DNA of 63,737 bases, counting the filler, from Choristocarpus tenellus KU-1152 (taxonomy: Eukaryota; Protista; Phaeophyceae), in the NCBI GenBank assembly GCA_964200185.2. It is 7 parts of 7 records of this genome, joined end to end, with 100 filler letters (N's around TTAATTAATTAA, not from the genome) between each part and the next. Parts side by side here need not be neighbours in the genome. Positions count along the whole stretch, not along the records: positions 18,340 to 31,796 come from CAXNAD020001487.1; positions 31,897 to 43,831 come from CAXNAD020002059.1; 5 more parts are not named here. One strand, written 5' to 3'. The position numbers were made by a program, and so were the translations under genes. Shown piece by piece: positions 22,444 through 36,900 of this stretch; within the stretch, counting starts at the first letter, position 1; the number at the start of each line of letters is the position of its first letter. The notes under the pieces were generated by a model. That model was given only the letters and a program-made list of their open reading frames with translations. It was not told the DNA's origin and did not search any database.

Positions 22444-25400
22444 ATGCGAATATGGCTGATCCTTGGCCAACTTATGTTGGCAGTGTTCCCGCTGGTGCAG
22501 TGTTTCGTTCCGACTCCACAATTTCTCAGTGGACAGCAATCGATTACTTCAAGCAGGGGCTCTTTACGAAGGTCAGAGGTTGCACTACTGCAACTGGAGT
22601 GTCCTTCTTTCCCACTATCAACTATTACACTAGGTCACTTGCAAATGGCTTTCATCCCAGCTAGTGCCTTTCCCACCCGTCTTATTGTCTCGGATGCTCC
22701 GTTCAGTGCTTTGCGTATGGTGGCCCCAACTGAGACTGCCGAAGATGCAAAAGCCATATTGCTAAGAGCCGCGAAGACACGCGACCAGGAGCCGGAAGCG
22801 GTAATCGAAGCGATCAGGTGACATATGTGGCTTAATCTATTGATTTTCTCGATCGCATCGTATTTTATGGCGGTCAAGGTGTCTCGAACGATGTCTTCAA
22901 GGACGGTGAAGCATTCTTGTGCCTGTCCACAAGAGAGCAACAACAAAGCACAATATTCCAAGGGAAAAACAGCCTACAATCAAATCAATCATCATCCCTG
23001 TGACAAGGTTCTTGGAGAAGACGCGGGAAAGCTCCACGTCCAAATTTGACCTCCTGACTAAGGATGGGAACTGGCGACTGATTTTCACCACGGGGGATGT
23101 CAAGACACAAAAGAAGATCGGAGGGAAGATTAGCTATGTGCCTATCAAGGCCGTCCAGGTGAATAATCAGGACAAGAAAATGTATCTTAGTCAAACAATC
23201 TGTTTCATAGCAAAAGAGACTGCAGGAATAACTCGAACGACCGAGGTGTTCTCTCAGAAAGCTGCCGTAGGTTATCATTACGACATTTTCCAGTCAGTGC
23301 TCTCCCTGATTCCACTCTGTGACTCATTGGCAACAACTAGAAGATCCTATCTATAGGATCTATTTGGACGGAATTGTGCCAATCCTCGCCGAACAAACGT
23401 TAGTCCAACTCAAACAAGGGACTCAGGGCTAAAAAACCAATGCTCTAGACCTCTTTGTCTCTGTAGGACAAAAAAACAGGGATAGAGGTTGCTTCATTCA
23501 TGCCACTGCAAGACTAAAATGTTCAGGCTGAGCGCCCATTTTCAGTGGTTTATGTTTGATCTAACTTCGTAAGATTTGTAGGCATTGCATTGATAGATTA
23601 ATGGCAGCAAATGTCTATACCCCTTTTTTCTTGGTGACGAAGTTGAGAGTTGACAACTTGGACAAAGATATTGGAAGATGCAACCAATGAATTTACCTTT
23701 CCGTTTCACTACACCGGTTTTTGCAGAGTCTTGTCAGTACGGCATCATGGGCAGAGATTTGTGAACGGTTCAATGTTCTTTTCAACATATTTGATAGAGG
23801 AGCAAAATAATGCATTGGAAGAGCAATCTGGGGGGTGAGACTATGCAGAAATGTCCCAGCATCCGTTTTGCACTTAGCAGCCCAGTCAAATAATTTTTTG
23901 TACATTTCAAGGATTAAGATTAACATCAAGGATCACATCAACACGAGTATAGATTGTAACCTCCACCCTCTCTGCACCCAAAACATCACTGAAAGCCGGA
24001 ACTATTTTTCTGTTCCAAGAATGTAGGAAGTGACTTGAAATCACTACACCCAAGCTCTCGCCAGGAAATGAAAGATGAAAGAAGTAGTTGAACCAAGGGA
24101 GTTAATTGATGTGTTGAGACTTCTTGTATTACATATATATATATATATATTCGCTTGTCTATATTCCAAGGCACTTGTTTCAGTGGTTGATCTTTTGATG
24201 AACTGTCTAACGAATACGCAGTAGGGAACAGTCCTGTCTCTGTGGTGTTGCTATTCAACTACGATACCCTAGGAGGGATGCACCGCCGATAGAAGTTTTT
24301 TTTATTTGGTCCTCTCAGGAGAAGACACAGGTACGCCTTCCATGTGACCTCTCAGCGGAGACAGTAATACGTCAAGAGTTGATTACTGTATCAAAATACC
24401 AGCACAGTGGAATTGGCCAGTGTTGCTGGGAGCAGGGGGTAGAAGTGCAGTACCTGAGAACATCCACCTGAGTTGGCACTGGCGGCAGTTCTTCCCCGTG
24501 AGATGGTCTTGCTCTTCTGTTGTGGATAGCATGTACTAGAGTAGGATTTGGTTGCAACGATGACACTTTGTGTGTGTGTGTGTGTGTGTGTGTGTGAAGG
24601 ATTTCCCTACCTTGAGAGAGGCTAGGGTTAGGGTTGACATAGTACCAACCTTTAAAAAGTCCGTTCACAATGGACCACGTTAAACTTTACTTTGTAAATA
24701 TAATAAACATCCAATAGACTGCCCGTTGCGGTTTGGTGGAGGTCTTGTTGGAAAGACAAGTCGAATCTTACGAGGGTAAGAAGCATCAGGCCCCTGCACA
24801 GTCGTTTTGCAATTACAGTTGCAGTTACAGAAATTGATGTTGGTGGGTTTATAGTGTAACCCTTATAGTGTAACCCTAGGGTTGGAAATCTACAACAGAC
24901 TGTCAGCAACCGGGGAGGGATTGAAAAACCATCCACAACCGTAACAATTCCGTAACAGTACCATGGTTACCCATGGTGTACCTTAGCGCATGGATAGTAT
25001 TCTAGTACAATGATCAATGTTGTCCATTGAAAATTCAACTGTGCAGGGCCTTGAAAAGTACTCCCAAGTCCCTTTTTACAATTAGAGGTACATCAATTCC
25101 TTGAAGGCAAACCCTTGACAGATAACTGCACTGACTCCTCATGCTTATCCCCTCTCCTAACACCTCCTCTACGATGAATCTCTGGTGAAAAGGTCTTCAA
25201 ACCAGACTTCTCCATCACCAATGGGGTATACCTTGGATCGTTCCCGCTGCTCAAGTTCACTGGAACGTTCACGTGGGCGGAGGACAAGTCCCGACTGGAG
25301 TTCACATTTGACAGAGTGAGGCTTTGTGATAGGGGAGTGAAAGAACCCCACTATAACGCTTGCTCATTAGTCATGCCTTCCTTATTTCAAGAAAAGGACC

Positions 25401-25860
25401 CAACTCAAGTAGGTAGTGGGAAATACGTAACCGCATGTTGTTCGAGAATCCTCCCTTCACCCACCTATATAAGAAAAAAGCCTTCCCCCTTGTCCTTCCC
25501 TCGTAATCCCCCCCATTTCCTTCATTTAGGCAAGCCCTGACGCGACTTAAGCTCTCGACAAGAACGGTTCAATCCATCCCAAGCGGCACTTTATCACTTT
25601 ATCACATGCACAATGTTTCTTGCTGCGACCTTTTGTATCTCTGCACACTGGGATGCCTCTCTCTATTTTGATCACAGCCTTTGCTCTCGCCGTGCGGAAT
25701 TGTCCACTAGGTTGCGGTCCTGGGCTTCGAATTCCCGTACAACCAGGGGGAGTCCAAGGTACAGCCAGGTTTTACGTTCATAGAGGTAACTACTGACTTT
25801 GTCATCGCGAGGGGGGCGGGAGGAGGGTTGGCACTTTGGCTGAGACAAGACACCGTTTGA
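22444..25860 (+). CDS. Plastid-targeted fibrillin-like / plastid lipid-associated protein, complete
   Basis: Exons 22444-22571, 22707-22817, 23008-23158, 25193-25315, 25711-25860 (TGA). Signal peptide MRIWLILGQLMLAVFPLVQC-FVP plus an S/R-rich transit peptide; GNWRLIFTTG, NGVYLG, RLEFTFD and C-terminal IARGAGGGLALW match fibrillin-like proteins. Confidence 0.85.
24569..24596. repeat. (TG)n microsatellite
   Basis: Direct reading. Confidence 0.9.
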
Positions 25861-27451
25861 AGGTGTTTTTGCAATTGTTTTTGTGTCTTTTGCTTCTCAC
25901 CGCTCATGGGCGTGGAGATTTTGTTACGTAGTGAATGGCCTGGAAGTGGGGATGCAAAGACACCCTTCTAGGGACCTTTTTAGCTCTACCGTAGCAAGAG
26001 GGTTGAGACAGAGCGGAGTGGTGCTGTGTGTCTTCTCTGCCCAGGAACATAAAACACCTTTCAGCCCTAGGTGCAAAGAAATCACGACATGGATTTCTTA
26101 CGTGTATGTGTGTGTGTATTTTTAGTGAGAGAGAGAGAGAGGGAGGGAGGGAGGGAGGGAGGTATACAACATAGGATAAAGTGGAAGTGGGTGCAGAGGG
26201 GAAGCTGCAGGAGGGGAACATAGAGGTTAGGCAGATGAGTGCCATTTGCTTAATGGAAGCAATGCTCTTCTGCTTTGTTCGTTTGTGTATGGTCGAGTGA
26301 GTTTTGTTTTTTTTTCACCGAGGTGGATCGCCAATTGAAGAGGAGGGACGCCGTCGGGAGCAGTGCATGGACATGGATTGAAATGGTGTTTTGTCTCCAT
26401 CACAGTTTTCTGTACAACCTGTTCATCTTTGGTCGTAGCATAGCAAATCGTGCTGGCTCTCTCCAACTTTTACTTTTTATTTTTTAAATGTTGACTGGGG
26501 ACTACTGTTTTGGAATACGCGCTGTCCTATGGAGCTGTGTGAAAGCATTTGAGTTCCATGCAAGAGGCCCAGGTGCGTGCCATGCGACCTTTTTTTTACT
26601 CCTCTGTTTGCAAGAGGTACTTTAGTTAGTATTGTTCTATGCATGCATAGGCATGAATACATCGGGGATCATGCAGTGGAAATATACCCCAAATCTGCAG
26701 AATCGTGCTATTGATGGCTTGTTTTGCTAAGATCTTGGTATCACCCGGTGAGCTCAATCTAAAATTCCTGTATTTAGAGAACAATGCATGTGATGAATGT
26801 GACAAAGACACCCACAGCTCCTGTGAACAATACGGGTGCTATGCCCGAACGTAAACAATTGTGTTAGTAGATACTCATGTAATGATGTAAAGATTGAGGT
26901 AGCGCTCTACGGTATGTGATACATAACAAATAGACTATTGGCCAATGGAAGAACAGTGTGTTACAATTAGCCAATAGGGTGTATTTCCTGGACACATGTA
27001 CCCCTGTTCATCGTAGAGTTGGGGCTAGAGTTAGACCCATTCTTATGTGATGCAATTTCATTCAAAATTCGCCTCATGTTTCTGCTTCTGCACGAAGGCC
27101 CCTTCCCCAACAACGGCATTGTAATCTTCTTCCCCATATTTTAATATCTTCTGATGGAAAAGGGAAAAAGACTTTGGAAATGCCATTTAAAATATGCTCG
27201 TCCTTCTTTACATGTTCCACATTTTTCTCACATTCTGTTGTAGGCATGCCTTCACCACTCCCTTCCTGCCCAGAACCTCAGTTTTCCTACCACCCACTGT
27301 ATGAGCTACCAGCTCATCCAGGAATTGCTCTGCTTGTGCACCACAATGCCCTCTAGTGCGAAGGTGTTGAGGTAAAAGCTCAAGAAGGGCCAAAAGACCT
27401 TCATAGCCATTGCACTTCTGGGCTGAAACAGCATTAACGCCGTTGTCCATA

Positions 27452-27626
27452 GGCTCAAAGTACCAGGGGAGGGGGTGGCGGCTGTCCATTTGGGGCCTAT
27501 TTTTCCATGTAACGATTTTGGGGTGGTTTGGTTGCATGCGTCTGATGGACATTGTGAGTGCACTTCTCCTGGTCAGGGCCCAAATGGACACCCTGGTGTA
27601 GACCCCCCCCCCATATTCTTTGAGCC
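27452..27626 (-). mobile_element. MITE family A copy
   Basis: Reverse complement matches the family A body; ends GGCTCAAAGTA ... TTCTTTGAGCC. Confidence 0.85.
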
Positions 27627-29679
27627 CATGGATAGACCAGTCTTGTGTTAGTGACAGTCTGCTTGGATCCCTGCGAAGACCATATCCAGGAGAATGATCT
27701 TCTTCCAATTGGGAGTAGTGGCTGCGTTTGACAGTGCCCCAACATGGAATTCCACGTCCATACGGCAATTTCGGTTTATGTTTAAAGGACTTCTAACCTC
27801 CAGGCAGCGTGCAAGGGATACCCATCCGCCTACAGATGCTGCCCAGTTGGCTGACCATAGATTAGGCGTGTGTGTTCACTTATTCCCCTCCAGCTCTAGG
27901 CCACACGGATTTGTGCCTATTGTCCACACTCTTTCTTCTCCCAGCCACTACTGGGCAGCGACTGGACAGTATCTGCTCTACCCCTATATACTGGTTCAAT
28001 ATGAGACGGAAATCTGGGAAGGGATCCGCCTTGGAGGTTCAAGGGGTCGAGTTGTTCCCCACGCATGGGCCCCTTACCCACGCTGGCTGTGACATGCTAT
28101 AGTCGTAGATAAGTGAGTAGAAGAATCCCTTCCAAGTCTCCGATCCATAGGATGTTTTCCACCTGAGCGCTGAAGGTATTGTAGCGGACCCAGTGAAGGA
28201 GGTGCAGAGATTTTATGCTGCAGCCTTGGTGTCCCTGTTGTCTTCGTTTGAGTATATTTGGACCCACACAACTGGCATGAGACATCTGAGGGTAATGTGA
28301 AGAAAAAAATTAATAATATTTTTGTAAGGTATATGAAACTCTCTGTTGTTCTATGACCCAATTAAACATTTTCCCCCCACCTCCATTCCTTCCCTCCTTC
28401 TCGCACATTGGCTTCACCCATCCCACTACTCGTCGCTAAACCTCCTCCTCCCTCCACTCTCTTTCATGGACCTAATTGGCGTGCCTTGGGAATGAAAGTT
28501 TGTCGATCGTTCTAGTATTTATATGTGATGTAATGACAAGAAGCACAAAGGAATTTTGTGGTACTATCTATATTATAGTATTATAAAATCGGACATTTTG
28601 CGGGTGTATCAGAGAAACGTTAACAATTCCACAAGGGCCCAGCAATAGCAGTTGTAAATGTGAAAGATCTCTCTACCAAATCTACTTAATATTTGAATAG
28701 TGACCATACTGCAAACACTCCCTTAAAGTTTGGAAATTTCAATGTTTTGTGTACATTGCTTCTAACTTAGCTTTGCCCTTCACAACTGGGAGAGGACGTA
28801 GGGAAGCATCCCAAGAATCTGACAGGCCCCACCTTGCCTGGTGTCTCCAGCTTGAAATGCATGTCACGTCTCAAAAGTCACTTGTGTAATTGTGGACACT
28901 CTCTGTCGTAAGCAGGATTTGACAATCTCTGTGGTCCTATCATATAACTTCCCAGCCCTCTCCCTCTTAATGTATGTTTAGCTTGGTACCTACTAGAGAA
29001 AACTTCGTGCTTCCTTACAAGAACATCCAAAACCTTTTTAAAATTATACGAAATAATTAATAGAACCAGTATACAACAAGTGTATGGTGGTAAAGTAGTG
29101 CGGTCAGTGTACCTATATAAGAGCGCTGTTCTCTTAAATCGAGGCATCATGATAAGAGAAACCTATTTTATATCAAGCAAAAGTGGTCGTAGGCACTTCA
29201 TACTTGTCCCTGAACGATGGCAAAGCGACACGCTTGCTGTATGTGCTTCCCATATGCCTTCAAGAGTAGTTACATGTAGATATGTGTTGAGCATTGTCCT
29301 CGGTGAGCCCATTTTGATGGAGTTGTGGTGGTACAGTAAGCACCACATCTACACCACCCCTCCACAAATATACCAGTGTCATATGTATACTGTACTGTAA
29401 CTTGGGTAAAATTACATTCATTACGATGTATTCACTCATACGTACTGTACACTTTCCCAAGAAAAGCATCCGCAAGTCATTGGATGCCTGGACAGATGAC
29501 TCATAGATCAAATCAAATCAACATTCAAAGCCAATCTCCCTCTAATACCCTGCCCTACGTATTCAATTGCACTCTACAAGGATATTATACAGTACAGTAT
29601 CAAAAACACCACCATGGATTAAACGTAGCTGCACCATCATGCACCTCGCATCACACACACTGGGTGAAACAGCTTATTC

Positions 29680-31003
29680 GCTGATAAAAAAATCGCGACT
29701 GCCAAAAAAATGTCGAATGTCCACTTGTTTGATTGCCCTTGCCCCGATTGTGCTGAGCCAAGCCAGCTTTGCTTTCTGGAGATGGTACAAAATATCGCTC
29801 ATGCTACACTCTTTGACGGTTGTTTATAAGCTTGCAAACTCGTCAGCTACTTGAGAGTATGGCAGTGGAGGAATCGAGAACACCGAAGAAGCTGCTCCTT
29901 TCCTCACGGCCTCCAATGCACTGCCCCCTCCCATAAACCCATCGTCATCCTCATCACTCGAGCTTTCATTGTTTGGCTGGTACAAGAATTTCTCGAGCAG
30001 CTGGTCGTTCATGTCCTCTAGTGTCGCATAGGCCACTTCATCATTGTCTTTCACGCTGATCCACACTCTTGCTGCATTGATGGAAGCCTGAGACGGCTTT
30101 CTGTCGGGCTTGAGGTGCAGAGCGTCAAGAGCATTAGAGAGATCCTCATTAATATATAGGGACATCTTGTGTGGGACGTTACCTCAACGAAAAAGAATGG
30201 ACACCTGTGATACTACAGTACACAGTAGACCCAAAGTATCTGTGGGGGGTGGGGAGGGGATCTGCACCAGGGTGTCCATTTGGGTCAAAACCAGAAAAAG
30301 CGCGCTTACATTATTCATCTGACGTATGCAACCAAATCACCGAAAAATCGCAAGATGAAAAAATTGGCCCCAAAAGAACATCTGCCACCCCCTTCCAGAT
30401 ACTCTGGGCCGTATAGACATCAAAGTGCCACATAAACGAGCGCAAAATTTCAATAAATTCAATCATGATCCTCATGAGCAGACAGTGCATAAAGACAATT
30501 CAATCACGATCACAATCAACCTACTTTTAGACTTTCAGTCCACACACCGACACACATCGGTATGTTTTGGCGCCCCTCGTAGACTTGGCGTCGGGCTTTA
30601 GCGTCTGTGCTTTCTCCATGATGGTTCTTGCCTCCTTCAACTTGTAGAGGGTCCTGTGACCGATTCCAAACTTTTGAGCAACCGCAGTTCCCGTCATGGT
30701 CTTCAGGAGTTTCAATGCTTCCAACTTCTCTGCAAAGCTCAAGCGTTTACGATTTTCGGTCCCGCGAGGCTTGTAGGACGCGTCTTTCTCCGTAGATATA
30801 TTTGGCAGCACCTTGCCCTTGCCCTTGTTCTCGTTGTCATGGCACTTCGACGCCGTGGTGACACTGGCTGGAGGAGTCGAAGCCTTGCGCTTGGCGGGGC
30901 TCACGCACAATTTGAACACGTGTTTCATTTCGCTAGCACCAAAAGGATCCACGACGCCGCAAATGCCATGAAGATAGCCGCTACAACGCGACACTTCTGG
31001 CAT
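29680..31003 (-). pseudogene. Internally deleted pogo/Tigger-type transposase
   Basis: N-terminal CENP-B/psq-type HTH (RKRLSFAEKLEALKLL..GTAVAQKFGIGHRTLYKL, ORF 30527-31003). Acidic C-terminal part (30165-29680, one in-frame stop) ending KQVDIRHFF. No DDE core between them. Repeated ATAAGAGA/TCTCTTAT subterminal motifs at 31280-31385. Confidence 0.7.
30228..30410 (+). mobile_element. MITE family A copy nested in the pogo remnant
   Basis: Family A TIRs; GTA/GTA 3-bp TSD. Confidence 0.9.
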
Positions 31004-31796
31004 GTATAGTGTGGTGGACCAGGAGTATTACCCTGCATGTTGCAACTGGATCCCGCTGCGCAGGGCATCGTTGTATCTGTACAATGCAGTCATCTAAACC
31101 TCGATCTGATATACTCTATATAATCTCCTGTGCAGTACTGAGAGAAAAGAGACTGCTATGTTGTGTACTGCTGGTGTCGAGCAGGTTTGTACCTTGGTTC
31201 GATATATTTTGCTTAACTTTACACCTGACTTGGGAAACCCCTCTGTCAAGTAGTGAAAAAAGAATGGAAGTTTGCTCGATATAAGAGAGAATTGGGAGGA
31301 AAACGCCAAAACCTCTCTTATTATAGCGAGACAAGGCAATTTACCCTCTCTTATATCCCGTTTTCTCTAATATCGACATCTGTTATATACATACACCTAC
31401 TAAACTATAGTAGGAATGAGTGTATATATGTAGTCAGGAGGGAGATGGGCATGGAGGGGTTTATTGGATTCTTAGGATGCCTCCCCAGGTCCTCCCGGGC
31501 CACAGGTATAGGTAGATTGGAGACAGGAGGGCAGTAGTACAACATACGTGGTGAAGTAACAAATGGATCAGGGTTTTTCATATTTTATTACATACTATTT
31601 TCTTTAGGACTTATACTGACAATGTATATAGTTTTCATTGGTTTCCCCCCTGACACATCTGGAAAATGTCAGATGACATAATTATAAAAATATGTGTAGA
31701 GTAGTAGTATAGAACCTGCACATATCAAATAGATTCTTGGGATGCTTCCTTAGCTCCCCCCCCAGGGGCACAGGAAAAGGTAGATGGGAAGAAAAG

Positions 31797-31896
31797 NNNN
31801 NNNNNNNNNNNNNNNNNNNNNNNNNNNNNNNNNNNNNNNNTTAATTAATTAANNNNNNNNNNNNNNNNNNNNNNNNNNNNNNNNNNNNNNNNNNNN
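31797..31896. other. Artificial contig linker
   Basis: N44-TTAATTAATTAA-N44. Confidence 0.98.
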
Positions 31897-32081
31897 TCCA
31901 AAAAAGTGAAAATCGAAAAAAGGGTGAAAAGCGGACGCCGACACCCCACTCCAAGATACTTACCCAGTCGTAGCAGTTATAGAAGGACCCTGCCTATACC
32001 TATATAGTATATATATAGGCGTCTTCCCTATTATTGGGCCTCACTCACCCTGAACCTACAGTAGCAGTCTTTTTCTTGCAG

Positions 32082-33878
32082 AGGATCAAGTTCTGCTGGC
32101 AAGGACAAACCAAGGAGAAATGCTGGAGTACGTGCTTCTTAATAGAAAGTGCTCTGAGGGTTGGAAATTAGTAGAGTTGGACCTGGAGCCTGGGGACATA
32201 CCCTAGATTATTTGGACTTGTGAAGGTCGGAATGTAATCGATCAGGGTCAAGACCAGGGATCCTAATTGTTTGATGCTAATGTTGAATAATTGTGTAGGG
32301 AGAAAAAGACTCTAGTGTGATGTAGCGAAATGTGATCATTCATATTTCACACTTCAGTTTCATCTTCTCCAACTCGTGGACAGAGATCGTATAGCTGACA
32401 AAGCAATTAAAGGATGAAATGTGGCAGAAGAAAGAAGACATACAATATGTCAAAGTATCTTAGAGGGTAGAGCCGCATCCATATGGGGGCCAAAATCCAG
32501 TGTTGTGATTTTGATATAATTTTGGCTATTGTGTTTGTTAAGAAGTGTCAGTATCCTTGTTCCAGACCCACCTTTTCATAACATACACATTTTACCTACT
32601 CCTAAACATTTCGGAGTAGGAAAATGTCATAAAAAAACCCCATGGGAAGTCGAGCCCCAAATGGACAAACAGGGTAATACTCGTACCCCCTAAGATACTT
32701 TCACTCCAATGCGAAAACTGGGTACTTGGACATAGCAATGAAGGTTCAGAGTTCAGGCGCAACTATCCATTCCACAACATTCCACAATTAGTACCAAGGT
32801 CCGATCGAGAAAGAAAGGAAAGACACATCCAACAGATCCTCTACCAACCTGAACACAGGTTGGGAGCACAACAACCAAAAGAAAAATGAGAGAACGACCT
32901 ATAGACAAAATGCATCGCAGTTTTACACTACTTGCCAACACAACTATCAAGGAGATGTGGAAATGACAGGTTTCATGTTATGGCAATAATCCATGAAGTT
33001 CTTGACTTGCACTGTAATGCACATATTGTACCATTGTTGTGGATTCTCGTGTAGGTTGGTACAGGGAAGGCAGATACGGCACTTGCAGTGTCCATGCTGT
33101 GGCCTGTCACTCTGCTGCCTAGGAGGTCGTCACCACTATGTTTGTTGGCAATTGTACTCACTACAGTAGCCCTCATGTGAGGTTGGTACATCATCTCTCA
33201 TCTGAAGAGTCCTATCGCTCCCGCCATCCTTCTGACTCACGACTGTCAAATTTGTTTGACCTCACTGAGCCAGTGAAATCACACCCCAGGTCTCAGAGCC
33301 AGTACATTTCAACTAAGTATGATTTTCAACGTTCAATCCAGTTCATTTCTACTAAGAATTTGCAATACTTAGGGATATTGTTTTCTATTTTTTCTGACAA
33401 CTCCTTGAGAGAGAAGATTTCTTGTTCGCAATGTCTTTGACACTCCGACTTTACCACCCAATTTTGTGTTGTCAAGATTGAAGTATTTGAGTTCTTGCGG
33501 GCATGCAGGAAATTGGGCCTGCTCCTCACTCATGGCCAGGCAAGGAGTCTGGCTGAGGCACACTCCAGGAACTACCCTTCATTTCTGTCCTTGGTCGATG
33601 AACACAAGCCTCAGGTACATGTAGTCATCCTACCCAGAAGAAAATTTCACAATACCATAAGGGTGTCGCTCCTGATACATTCTAACATCACTCTCCTCTT
33701 CGAACGTCTTTGTATTGCGCCACCAGTACTATATGATTTACAATCACTTTGCTTTACTACCACTAACTTACGTTCTCTTTCACACTTGTAACATAGTCTG
33801 CATTACCTTTCAATACTGGCATGTAACCTCACATTATTTTTCAATCTGCCACCAGGTTATGTTTCCACAGAGGGGCTG

Positions 33879-33915
<37 letters not shown>

Positions 33916-36900
33916 ATTTTATTTAGTTGTCTCCTTTTCTCAGTTTGAACAAGAAAGCAAATGATCAACTGCAGTATACGGAAATAGAAAAATAGATAGG
34001 ATCATAGACCATTGAGGTAGTGCCTGCTATGAACAGGACTAAATTGCAGTAATGTGTCCTCGCTGGAAATACACTATACAAGGTAGGCGCCTACATTGCG
34101 AGGTCTCTGTTATCAAATATATTCTGGGATGTCTACTGCAGAAATGTACTACTGTGTGACCCACAAGGACTGCACAAGAAGATCTTCATCCCCTTCTCAA
34201 AACCATTTTTGTTATCAACTTGTCTTGAATATTTAGGTATACACCCTTTACATTAGCCTATACCCCCACAGTCCATTCACTACCATCTTGTCCATTTCTC
34301 CCTGCCTTTAATCTTCCTCTACCCTCCCCCGAATCTTGAACTCATTTTCCTCCTGCCTCATCTGTCGGACTTGTTGGATCAAACTCTATGGTGAGAAGGA
34401 AAAGACTGGAGCTAAGCGCTTGTCCAAGATGAAGAAGAACCGAAGCACAAGCCCCTTAAAGGGGGGGAAGCGGGGTGGAAGGAAGAGAGCTCATGGGCAT
34501 CAAGAACTGCCCACAAGTGAAACAGCTGAAACATCTGAACCTAGTGAGGGGGAGGATGACAGTGACAACAGGATGGACAATGAAAACTGTGTTCTGTTGG
34601 GAAAAAATGTCAGGTGAATGTGGTTACAACCAAGGGAGAATGGGAAAGGAGGATCAGCAAGAAGCAGGGGTAGATGAGAGAGCAGTGGATGAAGAAATAT
34701 GGCTTTACACATCACATGGCGTTCCTCTGTTCACAATGTCAGTGTTTGACAAAAGTGGACCATTTTGCTAGACTTAATGTTCCTGGCACCTACTCTAACA
34801 ATCATTTGCAGAGGATGATTGACCCGAAGTATCTGGGGGGGGGGGTCTACACCAGGGTGTCCATTTGGGTCAAAACCAGGAAAAGTGTACTTTCATTAGC
34901 CAACTGACACATTCAACCAAATCACACAAAAATCGCCACATGAAAAAATTGACCCCAAATGGACAGCTGCCGTCACCCCCCCCTGATACTTTGAGCTATT
35001 CTTCTATGTATTGATTGATGTACTCTAGGGCTCTTTCCAGCTCGGTTTACATATGCTAGAGATTATTTTGATTTTATGCCATGTCTTGAAGTCTAAAAAT
35101 GAGGAAGAACTACCAAGACTTAGGGCACCACCTGGTTTCAGAACTCTACCCACGACTTTTCAATGGATTCCGAGATGACCCCACTGTGAAAACATCATTT
35201 ATTCACATTGACTAACACATGGGACTTCAGAGAGCTGACTCTCTCCAAGAATCCCCGAGGAATTCATTTTGAAGTGTTTTCTTACAAGATACTAGAATTC
35301 TATACTTCGTATTAATTATTTTTCTAAAAATGACCCACTCAACTAAACAAAACTGCTTCTTCATAATACAAAGCTAGATCCAATAACGCATCTACATCTT
35401 TGCAATGCTGGAAGCCATATGTTTCATATTGTGGAAATGATCTTAATTAGAATTATCTCCACTTTAGCCTGGGACTAGGGAGTATGACTCAACCCTAACT
35501 TGCCTTGACCCTGTGGTCAGAGGCGCTGCTACACAGTGTGCTACATCTCATTACCTCCTATGTAGCACACTCTATCTGTCACACTATGACAAATTACACT
35601 ACCCATGTGTAAAAATATATATTTTTTGTTGCATTGGGTTCCCCATCACAATGTTCATTGGTATGTCTCCTGAGTAAAATCTTGCACAGTACTCACCTAG
35701 CTGCAATGAAGCCTTGCCACCACAATTCAGACTTTCTGAGTTCTTCTCTTTGATTTAGTCATAGGCAGCAGGGTACAAGTGGACTGGTTCATTGTGTTTG
35801 CCATGTAGACAACCAAAATTAAATCTCCCTGAAGCCAAAATCTGCCATAGATTATAGACTCTAGATTAGGTTGATCCCATGCGTTGTGTTGGCAGAAACT
35901 GGTTGACCACCACTGAGCTACAAGTACACTTCTACTCTCAGCTGAGTTTGAGTGAAAGTATCTTAGAGGGTGCGATTTTTGCCCTGTTTGTCAAGTTGGG
36001 GCTTGGTGTTTTATGACATTTTCCTACTCTGTTATGTTTCAGAGTAGGTAAAATGTATACGTTATGAAAAGGTGTGTTTGGAACAAGGATGTTGACACTT
36101 CCTAACAAACACAATAGTCATAATTACATCAAAATCGGAACATTGGATTTTGACCCCAAACGGATGCGGCTCTACCGTCTAAGATAATTTGACTCTTTAC
36201 TGAAGTTTCGGTGAGTCTAAGATGGCTTCCATATAACATCAGGCCACACGGTATTGAAGCTGTTTTGAGACCCTTGAGAATCCAGTCGATATTTTAGTAA
36301 CGTCTTCATCTGGAACACTAACATGCTTTTTTTAATCCACACACCCCTATCTTTTTTGCCAGCAAGGCTAGGACCCTCCTACCATGATGTTCTGATACAC
36401 CTGAAAGTATACCAAAAATGTATATTGTATTATTCCATCAGTTTCCCTAACAATCATGTTACTCCCTCTCCACCATACTCCTGCTCTGGGTCACAGGGAA
36501 GCCCTTCGTGCTATAGGGGAGCGCCTGTCATCACCTAGTCAGGGAGTAAGAGAACTTTTCATCTCAGTGTGCGGAAGCAGTGATGGTCAGGATGAGGTGA
36601 CCACTGCCGACAGAGCACAGGTAACTCCCCCACTGATGTTTGGCTTGCAGTGTTTGGGAGCAGTTTGATGTTGGGCGTTGTGTCGTGTTGTAATTGGACA
36701 GACTTGGAATGATAAATCGTTAAAAAATAGCACTAATATATCAATGACACTCACGTTCTTTCAGGACTGTTACGGTGTAGTGAGTAAGAACCTGACAGGA
36801 TTGAGGAAGTATTGCTTTTTGTAAATGTGGATGGTGGGCAGGAGCAATATCCCATGGTTTTTGCAGGTGAAAATATTACAGATATAGGTAAAAGTAAATA

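Noticed and set aside
24622-24635. Telomeric TTAGGG repeat
   Set aside because: Only about two units, intronic; compatible with chance or a TE end.
27208-28361. Long ORFs 27208-27768 and 27694-28092 as genes
   Set aside because: The first reads through a MITE; no recognisable motif or splice pattern; probably decayed TE sequence.
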